Source: an uncultured archaeon
GTDB taxonomy: Archaea; Asgardarchaeota; Lokiarchaeia; Sigyniarchaeales; SOKP01
Assembly: GCA_964447495.1 (NCBI GenBank)
Contig: CAYUTF010000046.1
Coordinates: 1-24,866 of the forward strand
Length of the DNA: 24,866 bases
Direction: 5' to 3'
The translations under genes were made by a program, and so were the position numbers. Below the pieces are notes generated by a model. It saw only the letters and a program-made list of their open reading frames with translations. It made no database searches and was not told the DNA's origin. Shown in pieces: positions 8,404 through 16,785 of the stretch (its first letter is position 1; the number at the start of each line of letters is the position of its first letter).

Positions 8404-9129
8404 TTGAATGTAATGAGGTTACTAAAAAAAAAGGTACTTCTAATTTTATATTTAATTTGCTTTTCAAGTATAATCTACTTTGAATTTACAAATCAAACCT
8501 TATCACTAATGCAAGATAATACTTTTCATTCCACTCGAAATGAAAATCCCAAATCCGCTCAATTAGGACCCAATATTACTTTAAATATATTGAGATCGGG
8601 ATTTATAATGGTAGAGGGGCAAGTTGGTTTAAATATCACTTCAGCAAATTCTGGGCAAATTCATTGTGCTTTAGCTGAAGAATTTGGGGAGCGATACTTC
8701 TTGAAAATTAACCAAACAATAGTTATTATCGGCGATAATCAATCTCATTTGACGTTAATTCGAATAATCCCATTGATTACTACATTTCCTGGAGATTATC
8801 AGTTTATCCTCAATATCACAGGACTTTTTACTTATAATGAGATTTTCGAAGTTTTTCTGGGAATGGGATATAGTCTTTTTACTATAGTATTAGGATTTTT
8901 AGCAGTTATAATTATTATTGTCGTGTTAAAACGCAAAAATGCTAATAAGTCTAAAGCAACAAAAAATGGAACAAGTTCTCAAACATTTCAAACATCTCAA
9001 TCAGATTCATTGGATAAAATAAATTGTCCTAACTGTAAAAAGATAATTGATGAAGGACTCTCATTTTGTCCCGAATGCGGTGAACGGATACCTGAATTTC
9101 TTCGCTTTAACCCGAATAAACCAGGATAG
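8404..9129 (+). CDS. Membrane protein with an extracellular beta-rich domain and a C-terminal cytoplasmic zinc ribbon
   Basis: N-terminal signal/TM, several N-x-S/T sequons, second TM followed by KRK, then CPNC...FCPECG. Start may be the ATG at 8413. Confidence 0.8.
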   Translation: MNVMRLLKKKVLLILYLICFSSIIYFEFTNQTLSLMQDNTFHSTRNENPKSAQLGPNITLNILRSGFIMVEGQVGLNITSANSGQIHCALAEEFGERYFLKINQTIVIIGDNQSHLTLIRIIPLITTFPGDYQFILNITGLFTYNEIFEVFLGMGYSLFTIVLGFLAVIIIIVVLKRKNANKSKATKNGTSSQTFQTSQSDSLDKINCPNCKKIIDEGLSFCPECGERIPEFLRFNPNKPG

Positions 9130-9146
9130 AAAAATGAAATAATAAT

Positions 9147-10415
9147 TTAGTGTATATCGGCACTTGGTTTGAGTTCTGAATATTTCAAGTTTCCTTTTGC
9201 TATCGTTCGATTATCATATCCCAATTTTAACACTTGAAAGCTAATGATAAACGGAATTATACTTAACATGCTTAAAAAGATGCCATAAAATGAATTATTC
9301 GGGAGAGCAAGAAGTATGCCTCCAACAATAGGTCCAAAAATTTGAGAAAGATTATCTAATGAGCTACTTATGCCCATAATTTTACCTTGATTTCGAAAAT
9401 CTACAGAGCGACTGGTAAATCCTATAGTTATACCCCTTGATGTAGCTCCACTGAAGCTTATATAAAACAATATTAATACAAGTTGCCACAATTCAGACAC
9501 AAATCCTAATAAGAAGTATGAAAGAATAAAGCTAGCTAATCCTAACATTGCCGTTTTCGGATCTCCTAAATAGTTTCGCAATTTATTGAATGCTAAACTA
9601 CGAAAAATTACTTGAAAAAGCCCCATTGAAGTCAATAATAATCCGATCATTTGTTCATTTAGATTTAACCTTAAGAAACCAAATAGACTAAAGGTGCCTT
9701 GAAACACGCCAGCAGCTAAAACAATAAATGTATATTGAATTAGTAAAATCATTGCATTCTTATTCTTATATACAGGAGTTGATTTGTTATCAATATTGAT
9801 TTTTAAAGTGTCATGTTCTTCTAAAACCACAATGTTCTTTTTATTAATTTTCATAGGAAGAGACTCTTTCAAAAATAAACCTGTAAATAACATAGTGAAG
9901 ATAGCTAAAATACTGGCTAATATCGCAGGCCCAGCGATCCCAAAAGAAGATAGAAATCCTCCCAATGCGGGACCAATAAGAAACGCCAATGTAAATGTTA
10001 CCCCAATATTAGTCATTTGTTTAGGACGATCTTCGGGAGGGACAACATCTCCAATGACTGCTTTAGAAATTGGAAACTGACCACCAAAGATTCCATCAAC
10101 TATACGAGCAATAAATAAGGTTTCAATATTATTCGCAAAAATTAATATAATAAACCCTGCAATAGTTCCAGCCTGTGAGATTAGAAGTAAAGGCTTTCTT
10201 CCATAAATATCACTTAGCTTGCTTAAAATAGGACCAAAAAAAAATGCGAAAATAGCATTCGAACTCAGTAGTAAACCTATTACAACTGGATTTGTATTGA
10301 ATTCATTTAGAAAAAAGGGTAAAAACGGTAGAATAATACTAAAACCTAATATATCAACAAAAACTGCAATCCAAAGAGGAGCAAGATTAGAGTATTTCAA
10401 AGAAAATCTCTTCAT
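9147..10415 (-). CDS. MFS transporter, TetA/DHA1-like
   Basis: About 12 TMs; motif A SKLSDIYGRK, ARIVDGIFGG, motif C IGPALGG. Confidence 0.92.
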   Translation of the reverse strand: MKRFSLKYSNLAPLWIAVFVDILGFSIILPFLPFFLNEFNTNPVVIGLLLSSNAIFAFFFGPILSKLSDIYGRKPLLLISQAGTIAGFIILIFANNIETLFIARIVDGIFGGQFPISKAVIGDVVPPEDRPKQMTNIGVTFTLAFLIGPALGGFLSSFGIAGPAILASILAIFTMLFTGLFLKESLPMKINKKNIVVLEEHDTLKINIDNKSTPVYKNKNAMILLIQYTFIVLAAGVFQGTFSLFGFLRLNLNEQMIGLLLTSMGLFQVIFRSLAFNKLRNYLGDPKTAMLGLASFILSYFLLGFVSELWQLVLILFYISFSGATSRGITIGFTSRSVDFRNQGKIMGISSSLDNLSQIFGPIVGGILLALPNNSFYGIFLSMLSIIPFIISFQVLKLGYDNRTIAKGNLKYSELKPSADIH

Positions 10416-10627
10416 AATAGATATGAATTCTATTAAGAATTAAAGACTTAATCTTATAAAATATTGAAATTTCAATGCTTTCTCATTTAATTAGTAATTT
10501 TATTTTTCAATACATTTTTGTTGTATAATTTCGAATATTTTGAATTTAGGATCGTATTTTAGAAAGAAATTTAAGTGTCGTATTAATCATATATAAGAGT
10601 AATCTAAAAATTCACTAAAAGTAGCTT

Positions 10628-11641
10628 ATGACTTTCAGAGTTGGTCTTATAGGGAAAGGGAATGTTGGATCATGTTTTCTTGAACTTCTAAAAGCTAAAG
10701 AGAGTTTTATGAAGGATACATTAAATGAGAAAGTAAAGATTACCGGGATCTTTAAGTCAGATGGGGCTCTACTAGATGATCAAGGATTAAATATATCAAG
10801 AGTTATAGCACATAAACATGAAATTAATACAATGGAACAATGGCATGCAAATATTTCAGCCAAAAAATGTTTATCTAAAGAGAACTTTGATATAATTGTA
10901 GAGACTACTCCAACAAACCCAAAAACGGGAGAACCTGGAATATCTCATATTCTCGGGGCATTGAATAATAAAATTGATGTTATTGCTTCAAATAAGGGAC
11001 CATTTTTTTTATATTATAAACAGATCAAAGAACTTGCAAAAAAGAAGCGTCTCTTTCTCAAATTTGATGCCACTGTAGCGTGTTGCCTCCCAATCATATC
11101 TATAAAAAAATTACTCCCCGGAAATGAAATCATTAGCATTCAAGCTATACTTAATGGTACTTCTAACTACATTCTTAGTAAAATGACAAATGATGGATTA
11201 GAGTTTGATATAGCTCTACAAGAGGCTCAAAGTTTAGGTTACGCTGAATCAAATCCTTTTCTTGACATATATGGATTAGATTCAGCAGGAAAAATTGTTA
11301 TTTTAGCAAATGAGTTGTTAGGTTGGTCGAAAAGTATAAATGATGTCCAGACAAAAGGCATCTCTGATATTTCTCTCCAAAAGATTAAATCTGTTAGTTC
11401 AAACGGACAAGTTATTAAACTAATCTCAAAAGCGAAAGATGATAAATTAATTGTTGAACCTTGTTTAATAAAGAAGGATTCTTTATTGAATTTAAATGGA
11501 AATTTTAACGGAATTATTCTTGAAACACGGTATGCAGGTCCGATTGTATTAATAGGAAGAGGCGCAGGGGGATATGAAGCGGCTTCTGCTATATTAAATA
11601 ATTTAATTGAAATAATACAGAACAGAGTCCAAGCTGTTTAA
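10628..11641 (+). CDS. hom: Homoserine dehydrogenase (no ACT domain)
   Basis: GKGNVG, ASNKGP, LNGTSNYIL, GYAESNP..D..G.DSAGK, GRGAGG.EAASA. Confidence 0.9.
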   Translation: MTFRVGLIGKGNVGSCFLELLKAKESFMKDTLNEKVKITGIFKSDGALLDDQGLNISRVIAHKHEINTMEQWHANISAKKCLSKENFDIIVETTPTNPKTGEPGISHILGALNNKIDVIASNKGPFFLYYKQIKELAKKKRLFLKFDATVACCLPIISIKKLLPGNEIISIQAILNGTSNYILSKMTNDGLEFDIALQEAQSLGYAESNPFLDIYGLDSAGKIVILANELLGWSKSINDVQTKGISDISLQKIKSVSSNGQVIKLISKAKDDKLIVEPCLIKKDSLLNLNGNFNGIILETRYAGPIVLIGRGAGGYEAASAILNNLIEIIQNRVQAV

Positions 11642-11684
11642 AATAATTAATTTAATTAATTATTAGCAATAAAGTGAATTAACT

Positions 11685-12242
11685 ATGAATTTTAATTTTA
11701 AAAAAGAAGTTAAAGCAACAGTTTCTATTATTGGGACCAGCGAGATTGATGATAAAACGAGAAGAATTGTTGTTAAATTAGGAAGGTTACTCGCTGAAAA
11801 TGGTTATGCAATAGCATGTGGAGGATTATCTGGGGTAATGAAAGCCGTCTGTGAGGGAGCCAAGGAAGCAGGGGGTTTAACGATAGGAATCATTCCTTTT
11901 AAAGAAAAAAGTTTAGCAAATGAATTTGTTGATATTGTAATTCCCGTTCCTTTTTCACAAGCAAGAAATATAGTTGTAGTTTTATCCGGAGATATTTGTG
12001 TTGCAATTGGTGGAAAAGCGGGAACCTTATCTGAAATGTGTTTTGCATGGATATATGAAAAGCCTATAATTGCTATGAACGATATAGAAGGCTGGTCCTC
12101 TAAGATTGCAAATCAGAAAATTGATGACAGACGAGATGACATAATCCATGGTGCGAAAACACCAGAAGATGTTATTAAAAAAGTAAATCAGCTTATCTAT
12201 GATAAAAATTTAAATTATTCGAATCCTGAAGGAAATTTTTAA
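11685..12242 (+). CDS. LOG/SLOG-family Rossmann protein (TIGR00725-like)
   Basis: CGGLSGVMKAVCEGAKEAGGLTIGIIP, ARN, GGKAGTLSE. Confidence 0.9.
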   Translation: MNFNFKKEVKATVSIIGTSEIDDKTRRIVVKLGRLLAENGYAIACGGLSGVMKAVCEGAKEAGGLTIGIIPFKEKSLANEFVDIVIPVPFSQARNIVVVLSGDICVAIGGKAGTLSEMCFAWIYEKPIIAMNDIEGWSSKIANQKIDDRRDDIIHGAKTPEDVIKKVNQLIYDKNLNYSNPEGNF

Positions 12243-12247
12243 GAAAG

Positions 12248-13609
12248 ATGATAATGTTTCATTCTACTAACTATAAAAGCCCAGAAGTTGATTTTCAAAC
12301 AGCAATTTTGCAAGGGCAGGCTGTAGATAAGGGATTATATATGTTAAATACGATTCCAAAATTAAGTGGAACTATTTTATCCTCTTTCCCAGAATATTCC
12401 TTTCAGACAATTGCACTTGAAATTTTAAATCTTATTATTGAAAAGGTTATTCCGTACGAGACATTAAAAGAAATTGTATCAAATGCTCTTAATTTTGATA
12501 TTCCTATAGAAAAATATGGGCAATATGATTATATCTGCTTTTTAGATAAAGGTCCAACCGCTAGTTTTAAAGATTTTGGAGCTAGAATCTTAGCAAGGTT
12601 GTTAGAATACATTTTAGATTTAGAAAATAAAAATATCATTATATTAACTGCGACTTCAGGTGATACAGGAGGCGCTGTTGCTCAAGCTTTTCATTTGATG
12701 AATCATATTCAAGTGGTTGTGCTCTATCCAAAGAATGAAATAAGTACTTTACAAAGAACACAAATGACAACATTAGGAGATAACGTCACAGCTCTAGGAA
12801 TAAATGGAAAATTTGATGATTGTCAAAGAATTGTAAAAAAGGCATTTGCAGATAAACATCTGAAAGATTTAAATTTGTGTTCGGCTAATTCCATAAATTT
12901 TGGAAGATTATTACCTCAAACAACATATTATTTTTGGAGTTATTCTCGAATAGCAAAATCAGTAAAGGAAAAAGTAATTTTTTCAGTTCCTTCTGGAAAT
13001 TTTGGTGATCTTACAGGAGGGCTACTCGCATATAGAATGGGTTTACCTGTCAAAAGATTTATTGCTGCAGTAAATGAAAATAATGAATTCCCCAAATTCT
13101 TGCAAACGGGAGAATATGAAAAAGTGGAACCATCGAAACATTGCATATCTAATGCTATGAATGTGGGTCATCCTTCTAATCTTGCAAGAATTTTTGATTT
13201 ATATGGAGGACAAATTGATGAGAATGGAACTGTTATTAAAAAACCAGATATGAATACACTGAGAAAAGATATTATGTCTTATTCTATCTCTGACTCTTTG
13301 ACAAAGCAGACGATTATTGAATTTTATAAGAAATATCAAAGAATTATTGAGCCTCATGGTGCCGTAGGCTGGGCAGCACTTCAAAAATATCGTGGAAATT
13401 TTCCCGAGCATAATAAATTTAAATCTATTTGCTTTGAAACCGCCGATCCAGCGAAATTTCCAGAGGAAATAATTCCTATAATACATATTGAACCAAAAAT
13501 TCCTTATTCTTTAAAAAATATTCAAAATAAAAAAGAAATAGTTATTCCAATAGAAATTATAGAATACCAAGATTTTAAGGCATTTTTACAAAAGAAATAT
13601 AAAGAATAA
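12248..13609 (+). CDS. thrC: Threonine synthase, long E. coli/yeast-type
   Basis: GQAVDKGLY N-domain, GPTASFKDFG (PLP Lys), ATSGDTG, SANSINFGR, VPSGNFG, SNAMNV, ETADPAKF. Confidence 0.95.
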   Translation: MIMFHSTNYKSPEVDFQTAILQGQAVDKGLYMLNTIPKLSGTILSSFPEYSFQTIALEILNLIIEKVIPYETLKEIVSNALNFDIPIEKYGQYDYICFLDKGPTASFKDFGARILARLLEYILDLENKNIIILTATSGDTGGAVAQAFHLMNHIQVVVLYPKNEISTLQRTQMTTLGDNVTALGINGKFDDCQRIVKKAFADKHLKDLNLCSANSINFGRLLPQTTYYFWSYSRIAKSVKEKVIFSVPSGNFGDLTGGLLAYRMGLPVKRFIAAVNENNEFPKFLQTGEYEKVEPSKHCISNAMNVGHPSNLARIFDLYGGQIDENGTVIKKPDMNTLRKDIMSYSISDSLTKQTIIEFYKKYQRIIEPHGAVGWAALQKYRGNFPEHNKFKSICFETADPAKFPEEIIPIIHIEPKIPYSLKNIQNKKEIVIPIEIIEYQDFKAFLQKKYKE

Positions 13610-13673
13610 TTTCTTCAAATCTTACAAAAGAATATATTTAATAATTGTCTCATATTTGCTAGGTGAATTTATT

Positions 13674-14636
13674 TTGGAAATTCAATATCTTTCTAAAGAA
13701 AAAAAAGAAACACCAGAGCCCCAAAGCAAGATACTCTTTACAGGATTGGATGCAGCAGGAAAGACATCGATTATTTTAGCCCTTCAGAGAGAATTTTCTA
13801 AAATAGCCCTCTTAAAGCCTACCAGAGGAGCACAGAGAAGGATCTTCGAATTTTTAGGGCGAGAGATAGCAGAATGGGATCTTGGTGGCCAGATTAGTTA
13901 TAGAATTAGTTATCTTAAAAACCCTGGAAAATATTTTGATGGAACTGAGATTGCTATTTATGTTATAGATATTCAAAATAAACCGAGAATTCCAGAGGCT
14001 ATGAGTTATTTTAAGGATGTTGTAGATCAGTTTAGAAAGCTTGAAATTGAACCTCCAATATATGTCTTTTTCCACAAATACGATCCTGCATTAAGACGTA
14101 ATGCTATGAACGAATTTAAGACCCTTGAAGTCGATCTAAAGGAGAAATTAAGAAAGTCTGTAGATTATAAACAAATCTATTACTATAATACCTCCATATA
14201 TGACTTAAATTCAATTATTAGTGCTATGTCTGAAATATTGCTAAATTTATATCCAAAAGCAGAATTAATTAGTAAAACTATTCATGAATTTGCCAAAAAA
14301 GTTGATTCTGAAGGGGTAGTCGTTATTGACGATAATTCCCTTATCATTGGGTCTTATTATAAAGATGAGGAAACTAAAAACCTATTGTCCGCATCAACGC
14401 CATATTTTCTTACCCTTAATGACAGTTTTCAATTCACTCAAGTCATACCCGGAAAAATTCAAGAAGAAGGAAAAATGGTGGTGCAAAGATTTGGAAGAAA
14501 TTTTATATTCAAAACACTAAATATCCGAGGATCAAACACACCCTATTACTTGCTCATGTTAAAAGGAGATCCAAACATTGATAAGGAAGATTTTGATTCT
14601 TTTGCTAACTTAATGACCGAACTCTTATATAAATAG
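13674..14636 (+). CDS. Rag/Gtr-like small GTPase with a C-terminal roadblock domain
   Basis: G1 GLDAAGKTS, G2 KPTRG, G3 WDLGGQ, G4 HKYD, G5 TSIYD; C-terminal VVVIDDNSLIIGSY. Start moved from 13656 to the in-frame TTG at 13674 because AGGTGA (13661-13666) sits 7 nt upstream. Confidence 0.87.
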   Translation: MEIQYLSKEKKETPEPQSKILFTGLDAAGKTSIILALQREFSKIALLKPTRGAQRRIFEFLGREIAEWDLGGQISYRISYLKNPGKYFDGTEIAIYVIDIQNKPRIPEAMSYFKDVVDQFRKLEIEPPIYVFFHKYDPALRRNAMNEFKTLEVDLKEKLRKSVDYKQIYYYNTSIYDLNSIISAMSEILLNLYPKAELISKTIHEFAKKVDSEGVVVIDDNSLIIGSYYKDEETKNLLSASTPYFLTLNDSFQFTQVIPGKIQEEGKMVVQRFGRNFIFKTLNIRGSNTPYYLLMLKGDPNIDKEDFDSFANLMTELLYK

Positions 14637-14814
14637 TTAATTAGTTATTTCTTTTTTCATTTATCTTAGCTTTATTTCATTTTATTCTATTGTAAAGTTA
14701 ATTTTTATATTAAAGAACTAATATTAATAATATTGAATTTACACTAGTTATAAAAAGATGTAATTTTATTTTAAACTTAAATTAAATATCAATTGACAGC
14801 AAAGGGATTTTTGG

Positions 14815-15768
14815 ATGATTATCTGTAGTAATTGTGGCGCTACTAATAACGAAACAGATGGCAATATATGTAGGAAATGTGGAGCATTACTTCCAATATC
14901 ATCTAAACCGACTCGTATAAGACTTACATTACCTAAAAAAAAAGAAGTTAAGCCAAAACAATCCAAAACTATCGATAAACCAATTGAAATTAAGAAGCCA
15001 AAAGTGTCAGAACTTAAGGAAATACCTCACGGAAAAATTGAAAACGTAGAATCAGAACCGGAGACTTTTAAAGAAGAAGTATATGAGGAAGCTATAGAGA
15101 TAGATAAAGGCGATGAGAGAGAATTCTTAACTGAGATAACACCCAAACCCTTTAATGGCTCAATTATTGCTTCAAAGGGAATATATTATTCGACATCATT
15201 AAGCAAGCCTGACTTTAGTGAGGCTAAAACACCTCATTCAGAATCTACGCTTATGAAACAGAAACAATTAGAAGAAGATATGACAAAAGTATTGCGTTTT
15301 CTTTCAAAAAAGATAACTGTTCAAAAATTACCAACAGAAATGACAGCTGAAACGAAAAAACAAAAAGAAGAGGCAATACCACCTTCAAGTATGAGCGAAA
15401 TTCTGAAAGAGTTGTTGAAATTAGATTTACATATTGAAGCATCAGCAATTATCAAAAAAGACGGAACTATATTAGCATCAGCAATTTCTTCACGAATGTC
15501 AGATTCCTTATTTGCCACGATTGGTCAAAATTTATCAATGATAGGAACAGATATTATTGAGGGTTTGAGCGCAGGCAAGTTAATGAATATTTCGGTACGA
15601 GGATCTAAAGGTGTGGTTGATCTTGCGCCTATAGATGCAGAGAATTCTTTGGGGAGCGATATGATCCTTATTATATTCTCATCACCGAGAGTTAAGTCAG
15701 GTATTATAAATTTTGCTGCAAATATAGTAAAAAAGCAAGTAAAACAATATTTAGGTTTATCAAAATAA
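14815..15768 (+). CDS. Zinc ribbon + charged linker + roadblock/LC7 domain protein
   Basis: N-terminal CSNC...CRKCG; K/E/P-rich linker; C-terminal IEASAIIKKDGTILASA...NISVRGSKGVV...LIIFS roadblock pattern. Confidence 0.85.
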   Translation: MIICSNCGATNNETDGNICRKCGALLPISSKPTRIRLTLPKKKEVKPKQSKTIDKPIEIKKPKVSELKEIPHGKIENVESEPETFKEEVYEEAIEIDKGDEREFLTEITPKPFNGSIIASKGIYYSTSLSKPDFSEAKTPHSESTLMKQKQLEEDMTKVLRFLSKKITVQKLPTEMTAETKKQKEEAIPPSSMSEILKELLKLDLHIEASAIIKKDGTILASAISSRMSDSLFATIGQNLSMIGTDIIEGLSAGKLMNISVRGSKGVVDLAPIDAENSLGSDMILIIFSSPRVKSGIINFAANIVKKQVKQYLGLSK

Positions 15769-15774
15769 CTAATA

Positions 15775-16575
15775 TTATAGCAATTGTTTTTGTATATGTA
15801 ATTTATTGATTTTAATTGTTTTAAAATAGTAGAGATTATATGGCAGTTCTTGTAAAAAGGAATTAAAGTTAGATATCCCTACAATGGGTACTGAATTTTC
15901 ATTAATCTTTATCCAATTATTTTCTAAAGTAACCATAAGGGGAATTATAATGAAAGGTGGTTTTATTTTTTGGATTTTTCTAATACCTAATATTGATAGG
16001 ATCATCTCTGAAAGAATTTCCAAATTATTTTTGAGAGCTAACCCTCGTCTAAACTGTAAATTTGCTGCTTTATTGATTGCACTATATGAATCTTTCCGTT
16101 TCCATTGCTTGCAATCAATGAGCAAAATTTTATTTCTATCAATCCCAATTACATCAATCTCATATTTGGATTGATGGGTTTTTGATTTAAAATTTGATTT
16201 ATCTGAAAATCTGTAATTTTTAGAAGTATAATAATTGTTTTCCATCAAAATTAGTCTAACCAATGCTTCAAAACCATCATAATTTAATAAGTTTGAAAGA
16301 AAAGTAATGTCATATTGAAGATACTTAAAGCTTCGAATAATAAATAGAATCTTATTTATTACAAGATATTCAATATAATTTCCCTTTTTAATAGAAACAA
16401 AGTCAAAATACGAAACAACTTCTATTATTTCATCTTGAGCAAACTCATTAAAATATTCAATATCTGACATTTCACACCAAATTTCCGTTACTTCAGGGGT
16501 GGATTGTTTCAATATCGAATAAATATCATAAAAAAATTGTTTTAATGAAGATTCTGAAAACAAATCATCTTGCAT
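15775..16575 (-). CDS. PD-(D/E)xK nuclease, Mrr/NERD-like
   Basis: FEALV...YEIDVIG...LLIDCKQW motif arrangement. Confidence 0.75.
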   Translation of the reverse strand: MQDDLFSESSLKQFFYDIYSILKQSTPEVTEIWCEMSDIEYFNEFAQDEIIEVVSYFDFVSIKKGNYIEYLVINKILFIIRSFKYLQYDITFLSNLLNYDGFEALVRLILMENNYYTSKNYRFSDKSNFKSKTHQSKYEIDVIGIDRNKILLIDCKQWKRKDSYSAINKAANLQFRRGLALKNNLEILSEMILSILGIRKIQKIKPPFIIIPLMVTLENNWIKINENSVPIVGISNFNSFLQELPYNLYYFKTIKINKLHIQKQLL

Positions 16576-16785
16576 AATTACAGTGAGGTTTCATATTGTA
16601 TATAATTCAAAGAGAGTGTTGATATAATAATAACATAATAAATGAATTTGAAAGTTCAAATAGAAATTCTTTTCTAACTAAACTTTCCAACTTTAATGTG
16701 TTAATAATTCATTTTTTAAAATCTCTTTAATAATAATATCTAGTGAAAATATCTAAAAAGAAATTAAAAAAGTTGACGAGACGTA

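Noticed and set aside
9784-10443. Two + strand ORFs (98 and 74 aa)
   Set aside because: Antisense shadows of the MFS gene.
11642-11664. Perfect 11-bp inverted repeat AATAATTAATT-T-AATTAATTATT between hom and LOG
   Set aside because: Purely A/T and low complexity; readily arises by chance in these intergenic regions.
12940-16174. Short alternative ORFs at 12940, 13199, 13854, 14326, 14766, 15251, 15321 and 15884
   Set aside because: All overlap longer, motif-supported genes, antisense or out of frame.
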